From Bacillota bacterium (GTDB lineage: Bacteria; Bacillota; Sulfobacillia; Sulfobacillales; Sulfobacillaceae), in the NCBI GenBank assembly GCA_021797635.1, contig JAJZZI010000048.1, positions 1-62,022 on the forward strand: 62,022 bases of DNA. The letters run 5' to 3'. This document shows, in pieces, positions 9,093 through 19,044 of the stretch. The position numbers and the translations under genes were made by a program. Under the pieces are notes generated by a model. It saw only the letters and a program-made list of their open reading frames with translations. It ran no database searches and had not been told where the DNA came from. Numbering within the stretch: position 1 is the first letter of the stretch; each line of letters opens with the position of its first letter.

Positions 9093-9234
9093 GGTTTTCA
9101 CCCCACCAGAGAGGTTCCCGGTGCATAAAGTAAATCCTTTTTGCACGACCTCTAAGTTGCGGGCCCCGGCGCCAATTATCCATAGGGTGAACAGGTTTTC
9201 GCGAAGCGCAGTGGTGGCACCAGACCCTAAAGTG

Positions 9235-10326
9235 TCAACCCAAAATGCCTACGGGAACCAACCCGCGTCCCTGCTTAGGGATGGCAAAGCCACTTTTGGC
9301 GGAGATCAGGTCTAACGTTCGAAGCTTGGCCAACTTCGGTCGGGTAGCTACCTTGGTCCAGTGAATTCCGCCGTCGGTGGTTCGGTAAAGAGCCGAAGCA
9401 GGTTGGGGGTTGGTCGGACTCGGTTTCAGCCAGGCAAAGCCTAAGCGGGGGTTAATGAACTTCCACTCGGCCAACGTCCAGCCACCAGCGGCCGCCAACG
9501 GCACCACGGGGGTGCCGGGACTAAAGGTTTTTCCGCCATTTTGGGTCACATAAAACAGGGGATCCCCCTCGGTCCCATTAATGAAGACCGGGAGCACTCC
9601 ATCTTGAGAGCCAAAAAAGTGAGGCGGGGTCGACCAAAGTAGGGCCCGTTTGAGAAGGCTGGGCACGGCTACGGCCACGGGGCGCCATGGTGTTTGCGGC
9701 TTCGATTGGCGATATAGATAGATTTTCCCAATGGTCGCGCTTCCTCCAGCAAGCCATGCCGTCGACCCTGGGCCGAGGACGAGCCCGCTTTTAATGCCCG
9801 CCGTGGGCAAGCGTGGCTCGGGCGCCAGATGCCACTTTCTGCCCTGGTTGGATGAGGAGTAGATGGCCAGGTTTTCCCCGGATGGACTTAGACTCAGCGC
9901 GTAGGTGGCATAGCCTGGTCGGCCTTTGGCAAAGGCTATCTCCGTTAAGAGGGCGCCTTTAGGAGACGGGAGGCGTAAGGATTGCCAACGTTTTCCCCCA
10001 TTTTGGGTGTGATACAGGAGGTTAGCATGTGGCGAGACCACTGCCAGCCATAGCGCGGTGGAAGAGGCGATCTGCCAGTACACCGTAGCGGATTTGGGCA
10101 GGGATGGACCGGTTGCCTCCCAATGTCGACCTCCCGTTTGGGTGCGGTACAGTCTTTGCCTGGTCATGGCCCAACCATTCTTGGAGTTTAGCATAGCCAC
10201 GCGTTCTAAGACCGGTTGGACAAGGGCCGACGTCGGACCACCAACGGTTATCGTCATGGCGCTAACGGCCAAGGTAAGGCTAAGCATTGCATGGGCAGCG
10301 CGGACACCGATCTCGTGCACAGTCAT
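9235..10326 (-). CDS. secreted BNR/Ycf48-like beta-propeller protein
   Basis: N-terminal signal-like segment followed by repeated T(Q/D)(N/G)GG(K/R/I)(R/H/T)W motifs (TGGRHW, NGGKRW, NQGRKW, NGGKTF, DGGIHW). Confidence 0.6.
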   Translation of the reverse strand: MTVHEIGVRAAHAMLSLTLAVSAMTITVGGPTSALVQPVLERVAMLNSKNGWAMTRQRLYRTQTGGRHWEATGPSLPKSATVYWQIASSTALWLAVVSPHANLLYHTQNGGKRWQSLRLPSPKGALLTEIAFAKGRPGYATYALSLSPSGENLAIYSSSNQGRKWHLAPEPRLPTAGIKSGLVLGPGSTAWLAGGSATIGKIYLYRQSKPQTPWRPVAVAVPSLLKRALLWSTPPHFFGSQDGVLPVFINGTEGDPLFYVTQNGGKTFSPGTPVVPLAAAGGWTLAEWKFINPRLGFAWLKPSPTNPQPASALYRTTDGGIHWTKVATRPKLAKLRTLDLISAKSGFAIPKQGRGLVPVGILG

Positions 10327-10415
10327 CCCCCCGAAAAATCTGCGCGTATTTAAAATTGTAACGCCTCTAGCAGGGGGGAGGTTTCCTACGCCAGAGAATA
10401 TTTTGGTGACCTACC

Positions 10416-10445
10416 GGGTCTCCGTCTTCACGGAGACGGAGACCC
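10416..10445 (-). terminator. strong hairpin downstream of the phosphomannomutase gene
   Basis: 12-bp perfect stem GGGTCTCCGTCT / AGACGGAGACCC with a 6-nt loop. There is no clear U-run, so terminator function is uncertain. Confidence 0.4.
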
Positions 10446-10476
10446 AAGACGATCGAGGCGCGTTTGCCCTACATCC

Positions 10477-11868
10477 TTATTCTCCTGACCAATCGATGGA
10501 TGCAATGAATGGGAACTGGTGCAGCTTCGCCTCGAGCGCGCCGATAATGTCTTGTAGATGGGATTTTTCATCGGCCTCAGCCCGGGCGACCAGCGCAGGC
10601 TGGGTATTTGAGGCCCGTACCAGCCCCCATCCGTGAGCGAAATTGACGCGTACTCCGTCGACGTCGACCACCGTTACCGAGGGGTCGGCGGCAAACTGCC
10701 GGCGAAGCGTGTCCACCACCTGGAACTTTTGCTCGTCCGGACAGTCGATGCGCACCTCGGGTGTCGACGGAGGAATGGGAACATCGGCCAGCAGTTGCGA
10801 AAGCTTAGCATTGGTATTCGATACGATGCGAAGCAGCCTTCCCGTCGCATAAAAGGCGTCATCAAATCCGTAGTACTCATCGGCAAAAAACATGTGTCCC
10901 GACATTTCTCCAGTAAAGACCGCATCGAGTTCGCGCATCTTGTCCTTGATTAGAGAGTGTCCCGTCTTATAAAACAGCGGCTTACCGCCAAGACGTTCGA
11001 TCTCTTGCACCAAGGTTTGAGAGCATTTCACCTCGACAATGGCCGACGTGCCCGGATGCTTGGGCAGGATCTCACGCCAATATAGGATCATGAGGCGATC
11101 ACCCCAAAGAATGTTTCCCTGTTCGTCGACTACGCCGATGCGATCGCCATCACCGTCAAAAGCGACGCCGAGATCCGCCCCTTCCTCCTTCACGCGGGCG
11201 ATAAGGTCGACCAAATTCTTGGCCACCACCGGGTCCGGGTGGTGATTGGGAAACGTCGGATCGACGTCGCAATAAAGGTAGGTGACGTCGGTGAGGCCAA
11301 AGGCTTTCATGGCATCGCGAACAAAGAGGCTAGGCGTGCCATTACCGCAATCGACCACGACTTTAAGCGAGCGTGGGCCCAATTGGATTTTTTCTTTGAG
11401 CATGGCCAGATATTCTGGGACGGGATTTTCGTGACTGACGGCTCCCTCACCGTGGGCAAAGGTTCCGGCTTCCATAATGCGCCGAACCTTTTGAATCTCT
11501 TCGCCAAACAGGGTGCCCTTGCCCCGCCCTGCCAACTTAAAGCCGTTATACTCAGCGGGATTATGGCTGGCCGTAATCATCACCCCGGCTTCGAGCCCAT
11601 AACGCACACGAGCCCAGTAAAAGATGGGGGTGGTAACTTGGCCGATGTCGACGACATCGATCCCCGTCGATATAAGTCCCTTCGTCAGTGCATCGCGGTA
11701 GGCTGGCGAAGATGCGCGAGAATCCCAACCCAAAACCGCTTGGGTGAGCCCCTGTTGGTTGAGATAGGTGCCGAACGCTTTGCCAAGTTCGACGACACCG
11801 GATGCAGAGATGTCGACATCGACGACGCCGCGAAGATCATATTCGCGGAAAATGGTTGGATTGATCAT
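10477..11868 (-). CDS. phosphomannomutase/phosphoglucomutase
   Basis: The active-site loop TASHNPAEYNGFK, the metal loop FDGDGDR and GEMSGH are all present. The ATG at 11868 (MINPTIFREYDLRG) fits the family N-terminus. The track ORF extends to 12066. Confidence 0.9.
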   Translation of the reverse strand: MINPTIFREYDLRGVVDVDISASGVVELGKAFGTYLNQQGLTQAVLGWDSRASSPAYRDALTKGLISTGIDVVDIGQVTTPIFYWARVRYGLEAGVMITASHNPAEYNGFKLAGRGKGTLFGEEIQKVRRIMEAGTFAHGEGAVSHENPVPEYLAMLKEKIQLGPRSLKVVVDCGNGTPSLFVRDAMKAFGLTDVTYLYCDVDPTFPNHHPDPVVAKNLVDLIARVKEEGADLGVAFDGDGDRIGVVDEQGNILWGDRLMILYWREILPKHPGTSAIVEVKCSQTLVQEIERLGGKPLFYKTGHSLIKDKMRELDAVFTGEMSGHMFFADEYYGFDDAFYATGRLLRIVSNTNAKLSQLLADVPIPPSTPEVRIDCPDEQKFQVVDTLRRQFAADPSVTVVDVDGVRVNFAHGWGLVRASNTQPALVARAEADEKSHLQDIIGALEAKLHQFPFIASIDWSGE

Positions 11869-11961
11869 GCTATGACCGCCTCCTCGGGAGTGACTGTCGG
11901 TCCTCCTAATTTCTAGCCTAGCCGAAATTCTCGTTTGAACCCACAATTTCCTGTCGCGAGA

Positions 11962-11991
11962 TTGACCTATAGCCGAACAAACAAGTAAAAT
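11962..11991 (+). promoter_or_regulatory. candidate promoter of the NCS1 permease gene
   Basis: TTGACC (11962-11967), 18-nt spacer, TAAAAT (11986-11991). It is embedded in nested inverted repeats (CCACAATTT/AAATTGTGG and CCGAACAA/TTGTTCGG). Confidence 0.4.
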
Positions 11992-12058
11992 TGTGGTGGA
12001 ATTGTTCGGATATCCATGGAAATCACTAAAAATAATATGGATGCGGGAGGCGTGTCGT

Positions 12059-13432
12059 GTGAGCACTCCGATTTATCGTGATGAAGTCGTACGTATTGAA
12101 CCTAAAGGGATTGAACATATCGCCGTAAAAGAGAGGCACGGACGGGTATCGTCGGTATTTAGCTTATGGTTTGGAGCGAATGTGGAGTTGGCCACTCTGA
12201 CTACAGGGACCGCCGCGGTCACATTGTTTGGATTAAATTTTTGGCAAGCGGCGTTGGGACTCATTATTGGGAATGTTTTGGGCGTGGTCTTGCTAGGCCT
12301 TTTATCCACCTATGGACCCAAGTTGGGAGTTCCCCAAATGGTGCAATCGCGGGCAGCTTTCGGTTTTTTTGGAAACTTTGGCCCCGGGATACTCACCACG
12401 CTGGCTGGGGTGATGTGGTTTGCCGTGAATACGGTCTTGGGAGCCTTCGCCTTTCAAGAGCTATTTCATGCCAACTTTTTTCTGGCCTTATTGGTCATGG
12501 TGATGATTCAGGTGGTTGTAGCCGTTTACGGCTACAACATGATTCACCTGGTCGAACGCTGGCTGGCCATCGTTCTTACCCTGGTGTTCATTGGAGTGTC
12601 TTGGTTTGCCTTTACCCATGTTCCCTATCAAGTGGCCTATAACCCACATGCTCCCGTAGCTTTAGGCATAAGCGGGGGCGTCATTGAAGCGGTTGGCCTG
12701 GCATTTTCCTATCTCATGGGTTGGACGGTATACGCCTCCGACTACACACGCTATCTGCCCGAAAAAACCCCAGGCCGCCTGGTCTTTTGGAATGCCGCAC
12801 TGGCCAACTTCATTTCCTGTGCCTGGCTAGAAATCTTAGGGGCGGGCCTGGCTCTCTTGCTTCCGGTATATGCCCAAAATGCCAACCCTACCTTGATGCT
12901 CAACCATGTTCATCCGAACTGGCTCGGGCCCATCGCTTTAGTGGCCGTCATCTTGGGTACGCTGACCGCCAATGTCCTAAACATTTATTCCGGTTCGCTA
13001 TCGGCGCTGGTGGTCAACATTCCCCTAAAGCGATGGATGGCGGCCGTCGTCGTGGGCGTACTAGGGGGGATTCTGGCCTATATCGGGCACCGCTCGTATT
13101 ACGTGGGTTACGAGAATTTTCTTTTCCTCCTAGGCTACTGGCTGGCTCCCTGGGCGGCAGTGGTGCTAGTCGACTACTTCGTCATTTTTCGAAGCCACTA
13201 CCCTGTGGAACTCTTCTATGATCCCCGGCGAATCGTCAGTCGGGGTTTTTGGGCATGGGCGTTAGCGATTGTGGCCTCGGTGCCTTTTTTTAACCAGACC
13301 CTCTACCTGGGCGCCTTTGCAAAGCACTTCCCTCAATTTGGCGATCTCAGCTATTACGTTGGTTTTGTCGTGGCGGGTCTTTTGTACTGGCTCTTCGCTC
13401 GCGAACAACGGGTGGCCCTAGAGCCCTCTTGA
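12059..13432 (+). CDS. NCS1-family nucleobase/pyrimidine-type permease (cytosine/purine/uracil/thiamine/allantoin family)
   Basis: 12-TM profile, with an N-terminal IEPKGIEHIAVKERHG...SLWFGANV typical of NCS1/CodB-like permeases. The GTG at 12059 lies 9 nt after GGGAGG. Confidence 0.75.
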   Translation: MSTPIYRDEVVRIEPKGIEHIAVKERHGRVSSVFSLWFGANVELATLTTGTAAVTLFGLNFWQAALGLIIGNVLGVVLLGLLSTYGPKLGVPQMVQSRAAFGFFGNFGPGILTTLAGVMWFAVNTVLGAFAFQELFHANFFLALLVMVMIQVVVAVYGYNMIHLVERWLAIVLTLVFIGVSWFAFTHVPYQVAYNPHAPVALGISGGVIEAVGLAFSYLMGWTVYASDYTRYLPEKTPGRLVFWNAALANFISCAWLEILGAGLALLLPVYAQNANPTLMLNHVHPNWLGPIALVAVILGTLTANVLNIYSGSLSALVVNIPLKRWMAAVVVGVLGGILAYIGHRSYYVGYENFLFLLGYWLAPWAAVVLVDYFVIFRSHYPVELFYDPRRIVSRGFWAWALAIVASVPFFNQTLYLGAFAKHFPQFGDLSYYVGFVVAGLLYWLFAREQRVALEPS

Positions 13433-13548
13433 ACCGAAGGGCGTATCCGTTTACGCAACCAAACTGGTTGCTGCCGACTTCCATATTTTGTCGTAAAATA
13501 GGAACCGCTTCGGCCATGAAGGAATCATGAGTAAAGCGAGGGAATCCA

Positions 13549-14001
13549 GTGCACGTACGGCCCTATCGCGCCCAAAGCGATTACCGGATGGTTTTGGACG
13601 CGCAATGTGATCTGTATCAGCTGAATTTTCCTCGCTTCGTGTGTACGGCAGCGTTTGTCGCGGAACAGGCGCAGAGGTTACGACAGGCGCATCGCCGACC
13701 GTTTGAAAATGGGCTCTTTGTGCTCGATGACGAAGGCCAAACGGTCGGCTTTGTATGGGTCGTCATGCGTATGGATCTGCAGGGTGCATTTGGCTCCGTG
13801 GATCAGATCTATCTCCGTGAAAGCTATCGTGGACGCGGCTTGGGACGGCTGTTGATGGACCAAGCCCACCAGTTCATTATTAATCAGGGTGTCCGTGTGG
13901 CCAGACTGTACGTGACCGAAGGCAACCAAAGCGCCGTCAAGCTGTACCAAGGGGAGGGCTACCAGGTCACCCGGTTTGAGATGGAGCGGATGCTTGAATA
14001 G
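13549..14001 (+). CDS. GNAT family N-acetyltransferase
   Basis: The acetyl-CoA motif YRGRGLGRLLMDQA sits in a 150-aa protein. The GTG start follows GAGGGA. Confidence 0.75.
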   Translation: MHVRPYRAQSDYRMVLDAQCDLYQLNFPRFVCTAAFVAEQAQRLRQAHRRPFENGLFVLDDEGQTVGFVWVVMRMDLQGAFGSVDQIYLRESYRGRGLGRLLMDQAHQFIINQGVRVARLYVTEGNQSAVKLYQGEGYQVTRFEMERMLE

Positions 14002-14038
14002 CATTAAGGGCATTTACAAGGTAAATGTGCGAGGAATG

Positions 14039-14401
14039 ATGAAGATGCGAATTTGGGTCGTGGACGATGAGGTCGGAATCTTGCAGGTGATGGAGATTTT
14101 CCTTAAGAGGGCGGGGCACTCGGTTGAATGCTTCAACAGCGTGGATCAGCTGCTTCGGACCATCGCCCGCGAAGGTGCTGAGGTGCCGAATCTTGTGCTG
14201 ATGGACGCGATGTTGTCGGGGCAAAGTGGGTTAGAGGTTTTAGAACGACTAGCATCGGAGTGGGGGCAACTGCCCACCATGGTGGTGATGTCTGGCGATG
14301 GTGACGTCGCAAGCAGGGTGCCACCGACGATGCACTGGCTTAGAAAGCCCTTTTCCTTAGACGAGCTGATGCGCTTGATCGATCGCCTCAACTCGGCTTA
14401 A
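14039..14401 (+). CDS. single-domain response regulator (receiver only)
   Basis: IWVVDDE, VLMDAMLSGQSGLEV and LRKPF receiver motifs are present, with no output domain. The start is ambiguous among ATGs at 14036, 14039 and 14045. Confidence 0.7.
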   Translation: MKMRIWVVDDEVGILQVMEIFLKRAGHSVECFNSVDQLLRTIAREGAEVPNLVLMDAMLSGQSGLEVLERLASEWGQLPTMVVMSGDGDVASRVPPTMHWLRKPFSLDELMRLIDRLNSA

Positions 14402-14795
14402 GCTGCGTAATGGATGTAGCGTCAGAGAAAATTGCACGCCTTGCTTGCTAAGCCTGGTCAATCGTGATAAGGTCAAAAGGAAAGATCTTAGGGAGTGAAT
14501 CGTCCTCGTTGCTTATGATTGACTAAAGCCCCGTTCGGATGGATAGGATAGCGAAAACGGCCTCCATGGTCTTTTCACCCTAAGGCGCAGATACGACGAG
14601 CTCCAGGCTTTTAGCCAAATCTCCGAAATGCCCCCACATATGGGACGACCCAAAAGAGTTCGGGCCTGCATCCATTGATGGCGCAGTATTTCCCTGGTCG
14701 CTTAGCACCCGGTTTTTGTTCCAATCGTTCGAGCACAAAGATTTGCATATCTTTTGACGTTCTGTTCAGACGTGACAAGGAGGATTATCGCCTAC

Positions 14796-16799
14796 ATGGT
14801 AGGGGAAGAAACTAAAAATGATGAGCTGGCAAGTAAACCTGCGCCCAAAGCACGCACCCGGAAGAGCCCGAAGCAAACCAATCTAGAGTCCCAAGCGTCG
14901 ACGTCAGAAGTTCCGGTGGCGGATAAGCCCAAGGCGAGCCGAGGGAGAAAACCCAAAGTGGCCACGCCGGCGGAGGAAGTTGAGCCCAAGCTTGAGCCAG
15001 AAAAAATGCAGAAAACGGACGAGGTCAAAACTCCAGCCAAACGCGGACGTCGCACTAAAGCCAAAGCAGAAGCTGTGGAGCAGTTGAGCGTGAGTGAAAC
15101 TGCTCCGTCGGCTGAGGCGGAGCCTAAAAATTCCGAGGCGCCCACGGCGGATAAGCCCGAAGGGGCGCTGACTGCCGCCCCGGCCAAAGAGGCGACGTCG
15201 CCTTCCACCGAGGAGGTTAGCGCCCTGAAACCAGCGCCTGTGGAATTGCCGACGTCGAAAGCGGAGGCCGATCGGGAGTCTACACCGACGCGGCGAGCGA
15301 ATAAGCGTCTGGATGATAAGAAAAATTCCGTGCCCGAAGTACGCGAAGTGAGTCGCCCGTTTGTTCCTCGGCGTGAGGACCGGCCCTCCCGGCCTGTCCC
15401 TCAGAAGCCCCTGCCGAGTGCGCTGCCGCTAGCGCCGTCTTCTCCAGCCGGCGTCGCTCCCACCAGTCCTGTTCCGGTGGCTTTGCCCGTTCCTCAACCT
15501 CCGGCCCCCGCCAGCGCGGCCCCTCGACCTCCACGTGAAGTACAAATGTCGATGACCCAACTTGAGGCGATGACGCTCTTGGATCTATATAAATTGGCCA
15601 GGACGCTCAATATCGAGAACTTCCGGGCGCTGCACAAGGGGGAACTCATTTGGGAAATTTTGAGAGCGCGCACGCACAAGGATGGTTTTATCTTTGCGCA
15701 GGGATTCTTGGACATCGTCGGAGACTATGGTTTTCTACGGCCTACCGATTTTCAGCGCAGTCGTGAAGATGTGTACGTTTCGGCCTCCCAGATTCGACGG
15801 TTTGACCTTAGGGCTGGCGATCAAGTGTCTGGACAGGCGCGTCCGCCCAAGGATGGCGAGCGATACTTTGCCTTATTGCGGGTGGAAGCGGTGAATGGCG
15901 TTTCCCCCGAGAAGTCTGCCGAAAGACCCGATTTTGATGCGCTCACTCCAATTTTCCCCAACTCCCGTTTCCACCTTGAAACCACGAGAGAAGAGTTGGC
16001 CAGTCGGCTGGTGGACATTGTGGCGCCGATCGGTCGCGGCCAGCGTGGACTCATCGTCGCTCCACCCAAGGCGGGGAAAACGGTGCTCCTCAAAAAATTG
16101 GCCAATGCCATTGCCAAAAACGATCCGGACACCCATCTCATGGTGCTGCTCATCGATGAACGCCCCGAAGAGGTCACCGACATGCAGCGTTCCGTTCGCG
16201 GTGAGGTTGCCAGTTCGACGTTTGATGAACCGCCCGAAGATCATATCCGCGTAGCCGAAATGGTTTTGGAGCGGGCCAAGCGTTTGGTGGAAACGGGACG
16301 CGATGTGGTCATCTTGTTAGACTCGATTACGCGCTTGGCCCGGGCCTACAACCTTACCTTGCCGGCATCAGGCCGCACGCTCTCCGGAGGAATGGATCCG
16401 GCCGCGTTGCATAAACCCAAGCGATTTTTTGGGGCGGCTCGGAAAATGGAGGAAGGGGGAAGTTTGACCATTTTGGCCACGGCCTTGGTGGATACGGGAT
16501 CGCGCATGGACGATGTGATCTACGAAGAATTCAAAGGCACGGGCAATATGGAGCTGCATTTGGACCGCAAGCTGTCCGAGCGGCGCACTTTCCCAGCGGT
16601 GGACATCAAGCGATCGGGTACTCGACGCGAAGACCTGCTCTTGACTCCCGAGGAACTCGATGTGATTTGGGGAGTCAGAAAGGCCATTCACAACATGGGC
16701 AACCAAGAAGCCACCGAACTGCTCTTGCAAAACCTTAAACGCACGCGTTCCAATGGGGAGTTCTTTAAGATGTTTATTGCCTCTCAGGGAGCCAACTAG
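14796..16799 (+). CDS. rho: transcription termination factor Rho with ~250-aa low-complexity N-terminal extension
   Basis: The canonical Rho core begins at MSMTQLEAM (15546). It has the OB-fold segment [18 protein letters not shown], the P-loop APPKAGKT and [10 protein letters not shown]. Upstream lies a K/P/A/E/T/S-rich segment. Confidence 0.95.
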   Translation: MVGEETKNDELASKPAPKARTRKSPKQTNLESQASTSEVPVADKPKASRGRKPKVATPAEEVEPKLEPEKMQKTDEVKTPAKRGRRTKAKAEAVEQLSVSETAPSAEAEPKNSEAPTADKPEGALTAAPAKEATSPSTEEVSALKPAPVELPTSKAEADRESTPTRRANKRLDDKKNSVPEVREVSRPFVPRREDRPSRPVPQKPLPSALPLAPSSPAGVAPTSPVPVALPVPQPPAPASAAPRPPREVQMSMTQLEAMTLLDLYKLARTLNIENFRALHKGELIWEILRARTHKDGFIFAQGFLDIVGDYGFLRPTDFQRSREDVYVSASQIRRFDLRAGDQVSGQARPPKDGERYFALLRVEAVNGVSPEKSAERPDFDALTPIFPNSRFHLETTREELASRLVDIVAPIGRGQRGLIVAPPKAGKTVLLKKLANAIAKNDPDTHLMVLLIDERPEEVTDMQRSVRGEVASSTFDEPPEDHIRVAEMVLERAKRLVETGRDVVILLDSITRLARAYNLTLPASGRTLSGGMDPAALHKPKRFFGAARKMEEGGSLTILATALVDTGSRMDDVIYEEFKGTGNMELHLDRKLSERRTFPAVDIKRSGTRREDLLLTPEELDVIWGVRKAIHNMGNQEATELLLQNLKRTRSNGEFFKMFIASQGAN

Positions 16800-17545
16800 T
16801 GAGTGGTGGTTCGGGGGGAGAGGGGTCCGTCCTGGTCGTCGACGACGACGCCCACATTCGTGAACTATGTGCGTTATACCTCGTCAATGCGGGATTTCGG
16901 GTCAGCCAAGCTGGCGATGGCGACCAGGGCTTGGCATTGGTGGAACGCGATCGTCCGGATTTGGTTGTGCTCGACGTGATGCTGCCGGGGATGGACGGCT
17001 GGGAGGTGCTGGGTCGCATTCGCCAGCAGTCGACATGGCTTCCCGTCATGATGCTGACCGCCGTCGGTGATGAAGCTGACCGCATCGCCGGCCTGGAGAT
17101 GGGGGCCGACGATTATCTCACCAAACCCTTTAGTCCTAAAGAAATGACGGCGCGCATCAAGGCGATATTGCGCCGGGCCTCCTTAGTGATCCCTCAGGGC
17201 CAGGAACCCTCCTTGGTGTTTGGCCCTTTAATCATCGACCCCAAAATTCATCGGGCCACGGTGGATGGTCAGGAGATTGCGCTAACCCCAAAAGAATTCG
17301 AACTGCTCTGGTTCTTGGCGTGTCACCCTCAGCAGGTATTCGAGAGAAACCAACTATTGGACCGGGTCTGGGGAATCGACTTTTTTGGAGATGGGCGAAC
17401 GGTCGATGTGCATATTACTCGGCTGCGCCATAAATTGCAAAAGCATCATGGACCTGATAAATATCTGGAGACGGTGTGGGGACTTGGATATCGCTTTAAC
17501 CCCAGTGCAGCCTGGAGTGGCGACGCCAACGATCTGAGTCCGTGA
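16799..17545 (+). CDS. OmpR-family response regulator
   Basis: Receiver domain (VLVVDDD, DLVVLDVMLPGMDG, KPF) plus a winged-helix output domain (TVWGLGYRF). The GTG overlaps the rho stop (TAGTG), and its GGGAG SD lies inside rho. Confidence 0.9.
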   Translation: MSGGSGGEGSVLVVDDDAHIRELCALYLVNAGFRVSQAGDGDQGLALVERDRPDLVVLDVMLPGMDGWEVLGRIRQQSTWLPVMMLTAVGDEADRIAGLEMGADDYLTKPFSPKEMTARIKAILRRASLVIPQGQEPSLVFGPLIIDPKIHRATVDGQEIALTPKEFELLWFLACHPQQVFERNQLLDRVWGIDFFGDGRTVDVHITRLRHKLQKHHGPDKYLETVWGLGYRFNPSAAWSGDANDLSP

Positions 17546-18978
17546 AGATTTTAGACTGGGTGCGGCGGTTTTGGCAAAGAATTTCAGTGCGCCTAGTCGT
17601 GAGTCATGTCTTGGTGGCTCTCATTGTTATGGTAGTGGCGTTGGGAATTACGGGGTTGACGGTGCGGCGTTATCTCATCAACGACCAATTCCATACGCTA
17701 ATGACGAGAGCAGTGGAAATGTCGCCGGTGGCCGTCGACGTAGTCCAGGGAAACTTGTACGCGGGCCCCGCGGAGTTGGTCATCCAAGTGCTAGAGGGCA
17801 CCTTGCGCGCCCGGTTAGGGATTTACGACCATCGCGGCTTGGCGCTTTTGATCACCAAGGGATTTCCCCCAGTCATTCCACCCAACGTGCTGGCGCAAGC
17901 CACCAGCCATGGAACGAGTTGGCAAGGCCTGGTGCATAGTAAGTCGAGGGTGCTGGCCGCCGCCGTGGTTCCGTTGGTACAAAATCAGGAGATTGTCGGG
18001 GCCTTTGTGCTGGAGGCTCCGTTGTCTGGAGCCACCAGAACGGCTTGGTCGGTGACCAGCTTGGCGTTTGTGGCCGAGTTAGTGGCCGTGGTGCTGGCTG
18101 CCTTGGTCGCCTACTCGCTAAGTAAGCGATTGTCCTGGCCCTTGGTTTCCCTGCGCCAAAGCGTCTCCGAGATGGGACCCGATCGCTGGCGCGAGCCTAT
18201 CGAACTTCAGGGATCGCTTGAGGTCGAAGAATTAGCCAGAGAGTTCAACCGGATGCAAGAACGGATTCACCACCAAATGGTCAGTCTGGAGCAGGAGAAG
18301 GCTAAACGGGATGCTTTGTTAGGACATGTTACCCACGACCTGAGAACGCCGCTTACCTCGATTCGGGGGTTTTTAGAAGCGATTCGCGATGGAGTGGTCG
18401 ATGGACCGGCCCAGGCTAGAGCGGTGAACATTGCCCTCGAAGAAACGCTACGGCTACAGCGTCTGGTGAACCGTTTATTAGATGCGACCCGAATTCAAAG
18501 CGGAACCGCGCCCAAATATCCCTTGCCGATTAACGCTTGGATTAAAGATACCCTAGAGCGGTTAGGACCGGTGGCAGGGGCCAAGGAGGTGACCTTGGCC
18601 TGGGTCCCCACCGAAGAAGATGCCTTCGTCACCGGGGTTCTCGACCATCTGGTCGAGGCTCTCATGAACGTGCTCGACAATGCCATCAAATGGGCTCCGC
18701 GGGGTTCGGTGGTTGAGGTGCAAGCTCGGTCGGATGCCAAAGAGGTTCTGGTCTCGGTGCGTGATCATGGCCCGGGCATCTCCACCGAGATTCTTCCCAA
18801 GGTTCTGGATCGGTTTGTCACGGGAGACCCGTCGCGAAGTGATTCCAGCGGCCTGGGACTGTCGATCGTGGCGGATGTGGTCGAGGAACACGGGGGCCAG
18901 GTTCGGGTCTCTAATCATCCTGAGGGCGGGGCCTTGGTGGTCTTGATCTTGCCTCGAAGTGACGTCCGCCCTGATTGA
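17542..18978 (+). CDS. sensor histidine kinase (TM-HAMP-HisKA-HATPase)
   Basis: H-box HVTHDLRTPLTSI, N-box NVLDNAIKW and G-boxes DHGPGI / GLGLSIV. Two TM segments. The GTG overlaps the response-regulator stop. Confidence 0.9.
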   Translation: MKILDWVRRFWQRISVRLVVSHVLVALIVMVVALGITGLTVRRYLINDQFHTLMTRAVEMSPVAVDVVQGNLYAGPAELVIQVLEGTLRARLGIYDHRGLALLITKGFPPVIPPNVLAQATSHGTSWQGLVHSKSRVLAAAVVPLVQNQEIVGAFVLEAPLSGATRTAWSVTSLAFVAELVAVVLAALVAYSLSKRLSWPLVSLRQSVSEMGPDRWREPIELQGSLEVEELAREFNRMQERIHHQMVSLEQEKAKRDALLGHVTHDLRTPLTSIRGFLEAIRDGVVDGPAQARAVNIALEETLRLQRLVNRLLDATRIQSGTAPKYPLPINAWIKDTLERLGPVAGAKEVTLAWVPTEEDAFVTGVLDHLVEALMNVLDNAIKWAPRGSVVEVQARSDAKEVLVSVRDHGPGISTEILPKVLDRFVTGDPSRSDSSGLGLSIVADVVEEHGGQVRVSNHPEGGALVVLILPRSDVRPD

Positions 18979-19044
18979 GAGCCTGTGTTAAAATATGGGG
19001 GACATGATTTTTCGGTGCCAAGCGGATACGAGGAGATGGTATTA

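Noticed and set aside
10058-10636. 192-aa plus-strand ORF spanning the start of the BNR gene and the end of the phosphomannomutase gene. The same applies to 11239-11916 (plus strand, 225 aa).
   Set aside because: Both are antisense to two well-supported minus-strand genes and cross their intergenic hairpin, with no motifs.
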